From: a virus
Direction: 5' to 3' (one strand)
Length of the DNA stretch: 64,000 bases
IMG/VR virus record: IMGVR_UViG_3300023174_002543
Location: 187,664 to 251,663 of that record
Shown: piece after piece, positions 39,447-49,650 of the stretch
How positions within the stretch are numbered: position 1 is the first letter of the stretch
Layout of the letters: each line of letters starts with the position of its first letter
Position numbers and translations under genes: made by a program
The notes under the pieces: generated by a model
Told to the model about the DNA's origin: nothing
The model's input: only the letters and a program-made list of their open reading frames with translations
Databases searched by the model: none

Positions 39447-39628
39447 CGCTCCCCTCTCATAACTACTTGTATGTTATCATCTACTGTATGTCCACGCTGG
39501 TCTAACATGATTTTCATAATATCGTCACGTAATTGTTTAGCTTCATTTAACGGTAATACAACTTGTACCGCGTTGCGGGTTTCTGCTAACGCAACTTTGT
39601 CAATAAACTTTTTTACATTTATCATCAA
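39440..39628 (-). CDS. Hypothetical small protein
   Basis: ORF. Confidence 0.3.
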   Translation of the reverse strand: MMINVKKFIDKVALAETRNAVQVVLPLNEAKQLRDDIMKIMLDQRGHTVDDNIQVVMRGERW

Positions 39629-40080
39629 GTATTTATGCTACTATTTAACTCATCCTCGGTATTAAATGGCCCGAGATACTCATATCTACATACAAAAATG
39701 TACTTTGGACAAAAAATATTGACAAATTCTGTATTTTGTTTGACTGCAAACCAGCCGGCTGCATGATAGCATTTGCTTTTTGGTTCTTTAGTAAACAAAT
39801 GTAGTTTGCGTTTTACATCAAATACACTATTATAAACTTTACTTTTTCCTGTAGGAAAATTAGAAAATGTAACTGCTACTGTATCTTGTGGTTTACGAAA
39901 TTTTTCAAATTCAATCTTTTTGAATTTTTCAATTTGTTTAGTACTGTTATAATGTTCAATATTGTTTCCAATCTTTACATCAAATCCTGTACCTTGACTC
40001 TCTACGTTTCCTATTTTTTTATCACCGTCCGTGATAACCCAATATTGATTTTTGATAATTGGTTTTGCTACTAAGTTCAT
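39625..40080 (-). CDS. Hypothetical protein (ORF-track start 40110 gives poly-Arg N-terminus; Met11 preferred)
   Basis: ORF. Confidence 0.35.
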   Translation of the reverse strand: MNLVAKPIIKNQYWVITDGDKKIGNVESQGTGFDVKIGNNIEHYNSTKQIEKFKKIEFEKFRKPQDTVAVTFSNFPTGKSKVYNSVFDVKRKLHLFTKEPKSKCYHAAGWFAVKQNTEFVNIFCPKYIFVCRYEYLGPFNTEDELNSSINT

Positions 40081-40541
40081 TCTTCGTCCTCTTCTTCGTC
40101 TTCTTCCCAACCAAATTCATCTGATATGAATTCTTTGTATTCTTCTGGGTCTTCGTCTTGGGTAAGCGTATCATCATCAAAGTACTCGCCGTCCCAATCA
40201 GCCACACCTGCAAATCCTATACCTGGTTCAAAATACTTTAATTTAAATATACAATCAGGGTTTTCTTCACCCCATGATTTGAATGCCTCAATAGGCGGGG
40301 ACCATGCAGTATCAAATGATATAGTAAGTACCTTATCATCTTCTGACACATCGAATTGTGCATCACTTACTTCCCACTTAGTACCCCATGCATTAATTTG
40401 CTTATGATACCATTCAGGATCATTCTCCTCCATTGGAACTAAATGATTAAGTAATTTATCTTTTTCGATAGCATCAACTAATGCTTTGATTTTTTCAACA
40501 GGTGCTATAATAGTAACCTGATTCATACACCAATTAGGCAT
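40077..40541 (-). CDS. Hypothetical strongly acidic protein (C-terminal EEDEEEDEE)
   Basis: ORF. Confidence 0.35.
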   Translation of the reverse strand: MPNWCMNQVTIIAPVEKIKALVDAIEKDKLLNHLVPMEENDPEWYHKQINAWGTKWEVSDAQFDVSEDDKVLTISFDTAWSPPIEAFKSWGEENPDCIFKLKYFEPGIGFAGVADWDGEYFDDDTLTQDEDPEEYKEFISDEFGWEEDEEEDEE

Positions 40542-40740
40542 TTACAATCTCCTTGAGTTCTCTTACACGATATGCAACAATCACCGGACCATTACGCCAT
40601 GCCCTGCCACCATCAATCTTTTTATTCCACATATCACATCTAGCATTAGCCTCTTCTAATGTATCACAGAGGTTGTGTATCTCCCAACGCTCAGGTACTG
40701 TTTTGAATTTTAACAATCTATCTATTGCATAATTAGACAT
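40534..40740 (-). CDS. Hypothetical small protein
   Basis: ORF. Confidence 0.3.
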   Translation of the reverse strand: MSNYAIDRLLKFKTVPERWEIHNLCDTLEEANARCDMWNKKIDGGRAWRNGPVIVAYRVRELKEIVNA

Positions 40741-41194
40741 TGTTATGATCCTTTGTTAGTTCTGCTAGAAATAAAAAATGTTCGTATGCCTTTTTAACTG
40801 CAGGTACAGACAACAACTTGTCTGCCTCTATTTGCATTACTTTAACTGCATCTTCGGCTACTTCTCTAGCACTAGGCCATTCTAACATACGTGCATCTTC
40901 ACCGAATTCTTTTACTAGATTTTCCCAAGCCTCTTGTTGCCCTTTAGTAATAGGTGCTCGTTTAGGGCGCATATCACTGGCCTTTCTTATTGCCTCACTA
41001 ATCTTATCTTCTGCTACACGACCTGCGGCAATCATCGGTGCATATGCAGGATTTACATTATAACGTGTGCTTTGCCCGCCTGGATAGCAAATTACCAAAT
41101 GACTACCTTTAGGAAACGAATCCATAAGTGTCTGGTCATACTCATGCACAGGAACATACCTGCGCCCAACTTTTTTGTAAAAAATTTCCTTCAT
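40733..41194 (-). CDS. Hypothetical protein
   Basis: ORF. Confidence 0.35.
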   Translation of the reverse strand: MKEIFYKKVGRRYVPVHEYDQTLMDSFPKGSHLVICYPGGQSTRYNVNPAYAPMIAAGRVAEDKISEAIRKASDMRPKRAPITKGQQEAWENLVKEFGEDARMLEWPSAREVAEDAVKVMQIEADKLLSVPAVKKAYEHFLFLAELTKDHNNV

Positions 41195-41403
41195 AGCCTA
41201 AATTTCTTTAGATATTCTTTAACAAAACTCAAATCTTCACAATCATATGAGGGTTTTCTAGGGGCCACTGGGATATCACTTAAATCGTCTAAGCCATAAT
41301 TCTCAGCATAGTATTCAACTAGACTATCAATCACTGCGGCAAGCATACGCTCATCCATCATCTTTAATGCGTCAAGGTTAACTCTAATTTCTTTATCATT
41401 CAT
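41191..41403 (-). CDS. Hypothetical small acidic protein
   Basis: ORF. Confidence 0.3.
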   Translation of the reverse strand: MNDKEIRVNLDALKMMDERMLAAVIDSLVEYYAENYGLDDLSDIPVAPRKPSYDCEDLSFVKEYLKKFRL

Positions 41404-41404
41404 G

Positions 41405-41635
41405 TTACTCTCCTAGTTTATCCCAAATATATTCTGATTCTTTTACGTATGCTACTGGGTTAATCCAACCTCTGTCAATACACTCAGCTAAAATCAAACC
41501 ATATTCACGTGGGCAACTTTTAGAAACTTCAAAACCTGCACGTGGTGTAATTGTTATTCCGTTCTTGATGTACCAACCAGGATCACCTATTTTGATAGTT
41601 TTAATTTTCTGTTTTGGTTCAGTGATTTTAATCAT
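41405..41635 (-). CDS. Hypothetical small protein
   Basis: ORF. Confidence 0.3.
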   Translation of the reverse strand: MIKITEPKQKIKTIKIGDPGWYIKNGITITPRAGFEVSKSCPREYGLILAECIDRGWINPVAYVKESEYIWDKLGE

Positions 41636-41901
41636 TTGTAAGCCTTAACATCTTTATGTTTAACTCGAATAAAGTTATAAACTTTATCTTCAAATTTGAT
41701 AGGTAAATCTAAGTGTACACTAATATATGGACCTTCAATTTCATTAAGTTGCGTATCATTACCTACTGTACCTACAAATGGAATACCATTCCATTTACCT
41801 ATGATACGATCACCTATGTTCCATTTAGCCTTGTATCTGTTTAGTGAAAAATAATCTGCTAAACTTGGCATAGTACCCCCTTGTATGGATTGTTTAACCA
41901 C
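41632..41901 (-). CDS. Hypothetical small protein
   Basis: ORF. Confidence 0.3.
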   Translation of the reverse strand: MVKQSIQGGTMPSLADYFSLNRYKAKWNIGDRIIGKWNGIPFVGTVGNDTQLNEIEGPYISVHLDLPIKFEDKVYNFIRVKHKDVKAYK

Positions 41902-42863
41902 TTGCTATATGTCTCGGCATTCTGTGATATCTTCTCAAGTTCGTACTTACCACAGAATTTCATCAAGTGAATGCCTACTTGAGGTGTAGTTTCAAGCCTA
42001 ACACCAGTTTTAATAGCATTGTCAACATTAGTCTTTACCCAATCAGGCTGACATGTCAAGTCAATCAATTGACGATTGCGCTCATAGTCGTCCTTAACAC
42101 GATGCTCGACACCATCATGGTCAACCCAGCGTTGCAGCATCATGTTATTCCAATTAAAACCTTGCTTAGTACGATCCTCGTATGCTTCCATCAAGCCGAT
42201 TTTGTTCTTAGTACCTTTCTCACGCACACCTGGATATGCCGAAAACACATTGTCGCTTGAATCACCGCGCATACATTTTTTGAAAAGCAACCATTGAGGA
42301 TCTTCTAAGAGTTTGGGCTCTTTAGTTTTCTTATCAACGATTAGTTTTCCTTTATCATCAAAATATCCATCTGGGGTGATAAGTTGGTTAGTGATTCCAT
42401 TGTACTGATGTACTGTATCTGATATAAGCTGGATATAATCGCCATCAGAACTAATAATAAAAATTTTATCATTTGGGTGTAAGTGTATAAATCTTGCAAT
42501 TAAATCGTCAGCCTCTGCTTGCGGTTCACGCAATACGCTAACGTTCGTTTTCTCTTTTAGAAATGTAGTGAACTTTTCATAAGTATCCCAAAACATTTCC
42601 GATTCTTCTTTTTCTGCCTCAGTCAATGCCTGATTAGCAACTGCTCGTTGTGCCTTGTAGGGCTTGTATAGGTCTTTGCGAAACGACCTACCTTCTAAGC
42701 AAAACACAACGTGGTCAATGCCAAATTTGCGTACAATCTGATTGACACTCGCAAGTGTCAAGTGTAGTGCCATTCCCACTTTCTCCCACGGGTCACTATT
42801 ACGTGATGCAACGTGACGGGCACGGAAGAAAGTGTTGGCAGTGTCGATAAGTGCGTAGTTCAT
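41859..42863 (-). CDS. rnh: T4-type RNase H / 5'-3' flap endonuclease (LIDT..., EADDLIA, ISSDGDYIQL, RGDSSDNV motifs)
   Basis: FEN acidic-residue motifs colinear with T4 Rnh. Confidence 0.75.
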   Translation of the reverse strand: MNYALIDTANTFFRARHVASRNSDPWEKVGMALHLTLASVNQIVRKFGIDHVVFCLEGRSFRKDLYKPYKAQRAVANQALTEAEKEESEMFWDTYEKFTTFLKEKTNVSVLREPQAEADDLIARFIHLHPNDKIFIISSDGDYIQLISDTVHQYNGITNQLITPDGYFDDKGKLIVDKKTKEPKLLEDPQWLLFKKCMRGDSSDNVFSAYPGVREKGTKNKIGLMEAYEDRTKQGFNWNNMMLQRWVDHDGVEHRVKDDYERNRQLIDLTCQPDWVKTNVDNAIKTGVRLETTPQVGIHLMKFCGKYELEKISQNAETYSKWLNNPYKGVLCQV

Positions 42864-42869
42864 GTGTGT

Positions 42870-42898
42870 ATTATATACGTATATTTAGATTTTGTCAA
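42870..42898 (-). promoter_or_regulatory. Consensus promoter TTGACA-N17-TATAAT only 6 nt upstream of rnh ATG
   Basis: Read directly. Confidence 0.55.
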
Positions 42899-42899
42899 G

Positions 42900-43691
42900 T
42901 TATTTCAATTTAATTTGGGCAACGTTTAATCGTGCAAACACATCGTGCCCAAATTCCCAGCCTTCCGGCATACTTGTTTGTAAGTCTAATTCATTGTCTA
43001 ATAACTCTGCCTCTTCATTTGTAATCAATACTATTGCTAAATTATTTTTAATCATTTGTGCAATTTCGGTCACGCTATGTTTTTCCATAGTCATTGTTAC
43101 CGCTTGATTATAGATAAGGATACAAGGAACAATATGTTCACGGTAGGTGTTTTCTTTAGTACGATTAACTGATTCACCAATTGTAATCAAATAGTCAATA
43201 CTATCTCCCTCAAGCAATGCTCGGGTATTTTCTAAGCCAAATCCATCTTCACTGTCAATAAAGTATTTGAAACGTTTGGCAATCTTTTCAAAGATATTAC
43301 GTTCACTTACCTCACGTGCAATTGGCTTAATTGCCTGACCTCGTACCTTACGTACAATAGTAGTAATGGATTCGATGATTCCAACTAGAACCCAAAAGTT
43401 TTCGAGTACATCTCCGTCAAAGTGTACATTGATAAAATCTTTTTCGTCCTTGCGCTTTTCACTACGCTTGCCTTTTTTCTCAACAAACCCTGCATCAATA
43501 AATTGTTGACGCATAGTAGCAACATCTTCTGGTCTTGCTAACCAGCCTATTGTATAGTGATTCTTTTTAATCTCGCATTTGATTCCGTTATTGGAATATA
43601 ATACGTATACCCCGCGGTCATGGTATATGCGTTCAGTATAACCACGATCCTCACAGGACTGTTTGAACAAGTCAAAAGAGATTTCGGACAT
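42900..43691 (-). CDS. Hypothetical protein
   Basis: ORF with promoter. Confidence 0.4.
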   Translation of the reverse strand: MSEISFDLFKQSCEDRGYTERIYHDRGVYVLYSNNGIKCEIKKNHYTIGWLARPEDVATMRQQFIDAGFVEKKGKRSEKRKDEKDFINVHFDGDVLENFWVLVGIIESITTIVRKVRGQAIKPIAREVSERNIFEKIAKRFKYFIDSEDGFGLENTRALLEGDSIDYLITIGESVNRTKENTYREHIVPCILIYNQAVTMTMEKHSVTEIAQMIKNNLAIVLITNEEAELLDNELDLQTSMPEGWEFGHDVFARLNVAQIKLK

Positions 43692-43715
43692 AATAACTTT
43701 CTGAGTTTATGTTTT

Positions 43716-43744
43716 ATTATACACCCAAACTAGTTACTTGTCAA
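43716..43744 (-). promoter_or_regulatory. Consensus promoter TTGACA-AGTAACTAGTTTGGGTG-TATAAT (same family as 34.6-37.1 kb copies)
   Basis: Read directly. Confidence 0.6.
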
Positions 43745-43749
43745 CCTTT

Positions 43750-44667
43750 TTATGTCAATTCAAAAAGAGTACTAAAGAGTGCGTTTTGTTGGGCAAGTTT
43801 TTCCGCTTTTCTCTCAGCGGCCCGGCGTCTGTGCCCTTCAGCAATTTTTTGCTTCGTTTCCTCGCTTCTAGGTTTACCCTTAAGTGCTTCACTGATTTTT
43901 TTATTAGCAATGGGGTCAAAGGGTTTTGGTTTTTTCTTCAAGCCTTTCATTGCTGCACTAACTGCGGCTCGATGTTCCGGTGATAATGGACCTCTAGGTT
44001 TCTGCTTCTTACCTCTCAAAGCATCACCAATTTTTTTCTTAGTTTCTTCGGAATGAACTGCGGGAGGTCTTTGTTTATTATTCTCTAGTCTAGTTTTAAC
44101 TCGTTTATCTATAACTTCCTGTGGTATAGTTGACCCTAAATTTCTTTCCCGCAGTCGTTGAATTGCGAGTGCAGACGGTTTTCTTCCCATTTGTCTCTTG
44201 CTAATATTTTTGCAAAATTCTTCAGTACGAATTTTACCTTTATTTCCCTCACCAATTTTTTTTCTAGTTTCAAGAGATACTGGTTTACCTTTTCTGCCTA
44301 TAATACCCAATCTGTTTAGTTCACTTAATCTTTCCCTAGTCTCCGGTGACGGATTACTCATTCCCTCACCACCATCTGTTCGATTTAACAAAACACCGGT
44401 TTTAAGGTCTTTTCGCCCCCACCATCTAATCATTCTTCGTTCTAATGCAAATGCACCTAATTCAGTTAGATTATCTTCTAATATAACTATTCGAGATAAT
44501 TCTTTGGGTTTAGAACCATTGGTATGTTTGTTATCAACTGCACGATTTCCCTTACCTTTTCCTATGTAGTAGGGGGTTCCGGCGGTTGCTGTTATTGAGG
44601 TGTAGGCACGAATATACGCATAAATATAAAATCCTTTAGGAGGATTGTTTTTATCGTATATACGCAT
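43750..44667 (-). CDS. GIY-YIG homing endonuclease with four NUMOD3 DNA-binding repeats (Seg-like, free-standing)
   Basis: [18 protein letters not shown]; repeats [67 protein letters not shown]. Confidence 0.75.
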   Translation of the reverse strand: MRIYDKNNPPKGFYIYAYIRAYTSITATAGTPYYIGKGKGNRAVDNKHTNGSKPKELSRIVILEDNLTELGAFALERRMIRWWGRKDLKTGVLLNRTDGGEGMSNPSPETRERLSELNRLGIIGRKGKPVSLETRKKIGEGNKGKIRTEEFCKNISKRQMGRKPSALAIQRLRERNLGSTIPQEVIDKRVKTRLENNKQRPPAVHSEETKKKIGDALRGKKQKPRGPLSPEHRAAVSAAMKGLKKKPKPFDPIANKKISEALKGKPRSEETKQKIAEGHRRRAAERKAEKLAQQNALFSTLFELT

Positions 44668-45089
44668 TAACTTACTTCTGTGCGTCCATCACCTAAATCA
44701 CGTGTTCTAATGGGGCGGACATCCCTATTTGTAGGATCTGCTACTACTTGTTCATAGACCTCAAGTGCTATATTGCGACAAACTACTTGAAACCAACGAT
44801 CGGCTATAACATCATCAGTGTCAGTATCTTTTTGTTTGTATCCCGCTTTTATCAAATTGATAATAAACTTATCATTCCAGTCAAGTTCAAATGCACCGTT
44901 GTGCATATCATTGGGATCAATATCTACTTTAGTAATTGCAATATAGGGTTCACCTGCTAATGTTGCTTTTTCTTTGTCTGATAACTCAAGTGCAACCTTA
45001 GGTTCTTTTGGCTTGCGTGGTTTCTTTGGTTTAGGCTCAACCTTTACAGGCTCTGGCTTTTTAAAAATACTTTTAATCTTATCAAACAT
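44667..45089 (-). CDS. Hypothetical protein with Lys/Pro-rich N-terminus
   Basis: ORF. Confidence 0.35.
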   Translation of the reverse strand: MFDKIKSIFKKPEPVKVEPKPKKPRKPKEPKVALELSDKEKATLAGEPYIAITKVDIDPNDMHNGAFELDWNDKFIINLIKAGYKQKDTDTDDVIADRWFQVVCRNIALEVYEQVVADPTNRDVRPIRTRDLGDGRTEVS

Positions 45090-45095
45090 AGTATA

Positions 45096-46205
45096 CTATT
45101 TACTGAAAACGTAAATGCCTTCAAATTTTTCTCTACCTTCATTACGAAAGTTACCAACACCTGGTCTAGTGTTTAATATCATTTTGATTGTCTTACGATA
45201 TTTGAATCCTAAACTTTCAGCAGTACTTATCCATTTATCAACTACAAAGAACTCGCCACCTATACCCTTGTAGTCAGCAATGTTAGTAGCAAACAATCCA
45301 TCAACATTCAACCCATTATATATATTACGCATAGTTGGGACTACATAACCATCAAACCATTCATCCAATGTAGTATAACGATTCATACATTGTGTTGGTT
45401 CGTCACAATACTTTTCTAAGTTAAAGTAAGGCGGACTACTGAATGCTAAGTCAATATTTTCTGGTTGATAGTCTTCACTAACAGTATTGTATAACTCCAC
45501 ATCATTGTCACAAAACTTTTGTAGATAGTTAAGATATTTAAATGTTTCTGTATTTGGGTCTATACCTATATAGGTATAGTGCATATTACTAAGACTAGTG
45601 CCTAGCATTCGTCCACCGTATCCTGAACTATAATCATATATACGACCGAACATAGTAGGGCATAGATGTTCAATGATACTACGTGCGTTTAATGATTTAA
45701 AGTTTTGTATGTTCTCACCGGTTACTAACTCTAATGCAGTTCTAATTAATGTAGGATAAACTAATCTTGCGCCACCACTACGATGTTCAAAGCAAATACG
45801 AATGGCTCTATCTAGTTTAGTATCGTTTAAGAACCTATCACGCAAACTATTACCTGCACGACCTTTTGGTAATGCAGTTAACATATTAGGGAATAAGAAA
45901 CGATTGATTGTCTGTCCACCATTGTTACCTAAAGGTAGTATATCGTTATGTATCTCGTTATACTTTCTATCTTTTAGTGTGTTAATTTCATCTATTAATC
46001 CCTGTTCGGTGTAGTAATACATTGGAACAAGATTAATACTACGATATAGTTCTAGTATTTGTTTACGTACACCTTCTGGATCTTTAGCATAAACTTCTTC
46101 TGTAAACTTATCAAACTCAGGGTATAGGCTTTCATAACCAGTAAACTTGTCACCGTGTATATGTTCAGGCTTTACACCCCAAATTTGATATAGTTCATCT
46201 ATCAC
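45096..46205 (-). CDS. DNA amino-methyltransferase (N6-adenine or N4-cytosine; motif I IYDYSSGYGGR, motif IV SSPPY)
   Basis: SPPY catalytic motif. Confidence 0.7.
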   Translation of the reverse strand: MIDELYQIWGVKPEHIHGDKFTGYESLYPEFDKFTEEVYAKDPEGVRKQILELYRSINLVPMYYYTEQGLIDEINTLKDRKYNEIHNDILPLGNNGGQTINRFLFPNMLTALPKGRAGNSLRDRFLNDTKLDRAIRICFEHRSGGARLVYPTLIRTALELVTGENIQNFKSLNARSIIEHLCPTMFGRIYDYSSGYGGRMLGTSLSNMHYTYIGIDPNTETFKYLNYLQKFCDNDVELYNTVSEDYQPENIDLAFSSPPYFNLEKYCDEPTQCMNRYTTLDEWFDGYVVPTMRNIYNGLNVDGLFATNIADYKGIGGEFFVVDKWISTAESLGFKYRKTIKMILNTRPGVGNFRNEGREKFEGIYVFSK

Positions 46206-47206
46206 TTACAATATTTTTCGTAAAAGTCAATGCTAGCCAAGTTCTTAGCCTTAGACTCGCACATGATATCAAAGTTCTCATTGAAACTAGCCGCCCACTT
46301 GTTAACTTCAACATTCCAGTAGTAGTCACTATGGGCACGTAGTTTTTGTTTGTTATGACCTTCAGTTAATAGTTGTGCATGATTGGGTCTAGTCTTTGTA
46401 TCATGACCAACTAGAATGTCTTCACGACTAACGCTATAGTGGAGAGTAGGACGCATTCCGCGCCAACTATCAATAACACGAATAACCCTAGAGTCCAAAG
46501 GGTCGATGTATTCACCTTCTCGGATCCAATGATGATGTATGTCAAGAACAATAGGCACCAAATCGGAAAGCTGCAAACAAGTATCCAATCCATGACTCAT
46601 CTCCTCGTTCTCTATAGTTAAACAATTACGTGCCTCGGGACTTAGGCGGGTATATGCTTTACGAATACCATCAGGACCTTGACGACCACTAATATGTACA
46701 TTGATTTTCATGTCTTGAAATTTACGACCATAGCCCATCCAGCGAGCCATATCACAATGATATTCAAATTCACGTATGCTATTAGTAACAACTTCTTCAC
46801 GTTCGCTTGCTAGTACAACAAACTGGTCAGGGTGAAAACTAACACGAATGTCATTAGCACGTGCAGTCTCACCTAATGGTGCAAACCATTTAGACAACAT
46901 ATTTTGTACGTCAGATGATTGCCAGAAGTAAAGATAATCGGGGTGCGTATAGAAACTAAGCATATCGCTAGTTAGTCGTAACATACGTAGTTCAGGAGGA
47001 AGTGTTGCAACTTTCTTAATCAATGCATGTGTGTTAAGAATATTTTTCTTAGCCACTTCAATGATTTTTTCTTCAACCATTTGCTTGTTATTGCGTTTTG
47101 CCCATGCCATTGTAGTGCCACCGGTGTTAAGACCCTCAGCACTAACAATCTCACCTTTTTTATTAATCTCTGCCCATTTGCAAGCAAAGCCTACACGTTT
47201 AGTCAT
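46202..47206 (-). CDS. uvdE: UV damage endonuclease UvdE
   Basis: Colinear with B. subtilis UvdE (FHPDQF, NVHISG, TIENEE, LDIHHH, RAHSDY). Confidence 0.7.
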   Translation of the reverse strand: MTKRVGFACKWAEINKKGEIVSAEGLNTGGTTMAWAKRNNKQMVEEKIIEVAKKNILNTHALIKKVATLPPELRMLRLTSDMLSFYTHPDYLYFWQSSDVQNMLSKWFAPLGETARANDIRVSFHPDQFVVLASEREEVVTNSIREFEYHCDMARWMGYGRKFQDMKINVHISGRQGPDGIRKAYTRLSPEARNCLTIENEEMSHGLDTCLQLSDLVPIVLDIHHHWIREGEYIDPLDSRVIRVIDSWRGMRPTLHYSVSREDILVGHDTKTRPNHAQLLTEGHNKQKLRAHSDYYWNVEVNKWAASFNENFDIMCESKAKNLASIDFYEKYCK

Positions 47207-47237
47207 AAAGTATTACCGTTATAGTTAGTCATACTGT

Positions 47238-47266
47238 AGTGTAGCATAGTTGTGATTATTTGTCAA
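47238..47266 (-). promoter_or_regulatory. Promoter TTGACA-N17-TACACT upstream of uvdE
   Basis: Read directly. Confidence 0.45.
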
Positions 47267-48086
47267 TCTTTAATAAATCCTTAATATCATAAAGATGTTT
47301 CATGTACTCACTAACATTTCCCAACACACTAACTGCAATATCACCTTCTCTACGAGGTCCATACTTAACGTCAATGGTAAGGTTGTTAACTGTTTCAAAT
47401 ATACTAACCATTTCTTTAACGGTATAACCTACACCATGACCCAAACATTCAATATTATTGCTAGGTGTTTCTATGGCAGTACGCAATGCATCGCATATTT
47501 CATTCACGTGTACATAATCACGTACACAAGTACCATCCCAACTTTCATTGTAGTTTTTCCCAAAGATAGTAAATTCACCAGTGTCTTTTGCCTTGAATAA
47601 ATTGTACATTAATCCATCAGGGTTAGTAGGTGCAAATCCATCACTACCAATTACATTGTAAAATCTAAAGATAGTATATGGTATGTTTCTGTATTCACAC
47701 ATTTCTTTAATACAATCTTCAGCCGCTTTCTTACTTGTACCGTATGCGCTTTCGCATTTTTCGGCTGCACCTGTACTAGCAAAAATAAAATTATCTGTAT
47801 CTACCCAAGTTAATAGATTCAATGAACCAATCATATTAGTCAAATAATAATCAGTGGGTGTCCTTTGACTTTCACCTACATTGACTAATGCGGCTAGATG
47901 TATAACTGCATCAAAATGTTCTTTCTTTAATGTAAACTGGTTTTTGATATTTCTATTAAAGTGTCTACTAACTTTATATTGAGGATCTTTGATATCTAAT
48001 CCCACAATCTCATACTCACCATCTAACATCTTACAAAGATGTGATCCTATGTAACCACTGTTACCTGTTATTAATATTTTTTTCAT
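47256..48086 (-). CDS. NAD-dependent epimerase/dehydratase (short-chain Rossmann; ILITGNSGYIGSHL)
   Basis: GxxGxxG N-terminus, YxxxK implied. Confidence 0.6.
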   Translation of the reverse strand: MKKILITGNSGYIGSHLCKMLDGEYEIVGLDIKDPQYKVSRHFNRNIKNQFTLKKEHFDAVIHLAALVNVGESQRTPTDYYLTNMIGSLNLLTWVDTDNFIFASTGAAEKCESAYGTSKKAAEDCIKEMCEYRNIPYTIFRFYNVIGSDGFAPTNPDGLMYNLFKAKDTGEFTIFGKNYNESWDGTCVRDYVHVNEICDALRTAIETPSNNIECLGHGVGYTVKEMVSIFETVNNLTIDVKYGPRREGDIAVSVLGNVSEYMKHLYDIKDLLKIDK

Positions 48087-49435
48087 ACTAGTTCAAATAA
48101 TCCTAATCCTGTTACTTCCTCTAATGGTTCATAGCTAGGATCCTTGGTTAGATAAGTTTCCTTGTCTGTATAGATTATACGATACTTGTGTTTATTTGTC
48201 AATACACTACGAATGTCATCAATGCAAATTAAACTACGACCCAAATCTTTAATGTAATCACTATGTTTGACCGTAGTGTTCTCTAATATTTTGGCTGTGT
48301 TACTGTTTGATTGCTTTGGCTTAAACTCATTGAAACATTCATTCCATTTATGAAATACATCTGATTCTAAATTTTGTGTATCTCGCAATGCATTTTTGTC
48401 ATACCAAGATTTAGCAGTTGGGTAAGCGTGATATGCATCCTTAACATCTTCTGCCATTTGTTTTTTATTAGTTACAAAGAAGAATCTACCTTTAAAATTA
48501 TTAGTCCAACGTTGATTCTCTAAACAGAACGTGGGTAGTTGTGTAATCTGTTCATAGAAAGCCATACCATAACTCTCAACAATACTAGGATTGAATGCAA
48601 CTCTTGCACTTGTAATGAAATCTACTTTTTCTTGACCAATAATACCTACTTTTATTTCATAAGGTACACCAATCTTCTTTAATCGTTCTTCAAATTTCTT
48701 AGCACCATTTGCGCTAGTCATTACCTTAGCGGGTAGTTTAGTTTGTTCAATCAGTTCTAAGAATAGTTCAGGGTTTTTGCCTTCTTCCCAACGACCAACA
48801 AACAATATACCCTCACGTGGCTTGTGATGTTCTTCTAGCAATCCTTGTTCTGTAATTGGAATAGGTAAATGATAAGATGATTCATCTAGGTTAAGCCAAT
48901 TGTATTTGCTTTGTGTACCAACATATACACCGGGAGTACTAAGTTGTTGACGCATCAACACATTGGTATTATATAAGAAAGGATTCTTTGTATCCTTAAA
49001 GATTTGACTTTCTAAATGAGTATATGCAATAACTTGAATACAATCTTCAAGTCCCATTGTAATAGCAACCTGCACTGTTTCGTATGTGTTACAAATGAAT
49101 GCATCATATAAATTATGTTCTAATGCTTCTACAATACTATTTCGGAAGTTAGCCATACGTTCATAGTTGAATGTATCACCATACATAAAGATATTACTAT
49201 GTGTTGTATAGGCTAATGACACTTTAGGATATATAATATTTGCCTTCAATGATTTAACAAACTCATTGTCTTTGGGTTCTTTATCAGTGATTATATCAAC
49301 TTTAATGTTATGGCTATCCATCAATTCGCAAAAACTCTTTGCAAATTGCCCTATACCACCATGAGGTATAAGAGTTTGATAACTTACTAAGAAGCCAATT
49401 CTTTTATCATATGTTCTCATTGTTTTAATTTCCAA
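48083..49435 (-). CDS. GT-B fold glycosyltransferase-like protein (ILFVGRWEEGKNPELFLELIE)
   Basis: GT4-like C-domain motif. Confidence 0.45.
   Translation of the reverse strand: MEIKTMRTYDKRIGFLVSYQTLIPHGGIGQFAKSFCELMDSHNIKVDIITDKEPKDNEFVKSLKANIIYPKVSLAYTTHSNIFMYGDTFNYERMANFRNSIVEALEHNLYDAFICNTYETVQVAITMGLEDCIQVIAYTHLESQIFKDTKNPFLYNTNVLMRQQLSTPGVYVGTQSKYNWLNLDESSYHLPIPITEQGLLEEHHKPREGILFVGRWEEGKNPELFLELIEQTKLPAKVMTSANGAKKFEERLKKIGVPYEIKVGIIGQEKVDFITSARVAFNPSIVESYGMAFYEQITQLPTFCLENQRWTNNFKGRFFFVTNKKQMAEDVKDAYHAYPTAKSWYDKNALRDTQNLESDVFHKWNECFNEFKPKQSNSNTAKILENTTVKHSDYIKDLGRSLICIDDIRSVLTNKHKYRIIYTDKETYLTKDPSYEPLEEVTGLGLFELV
48174..48202 (-). promoter_or_regulatory. Consensus promoter TTGACA-N17-TATAAT located inside the 3' end of the glycosyltransferase gene, ~88 nt upstream of the epimerase ATG
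   Basis: Read directly. Confidence 0.5.
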
Positions 49436-49650
49436 ATAATATGTTCATGTTTATCATGCCATTTACATTCAAAGACAGTGGCACCAGGTCCAGTATATAA
49501 TGCAGTAAGTTTATAACCAAACTCTAACCATATAGGTTTATCTGATATGTTACACTTTACTGGAAACCAAGCAAATTTTAACTCTGTACCTACTAATTTA
49601 TTATAAAACATTTCGTCTAGTGTCGTTGGTCTATACCCCGTGCCCATCAT
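49417..49650 (-). CDS. Hypothetical small protein
   Basis: ORF. Confidence 0.3.
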   Translation of the reverse strand: MMGTGYRPTTLDEMFYNKLVGTELKFAWFPVKCNISDKPIWLEFGYKLTALYTGPGATVFECKWHDKHEHIIWKLKQ

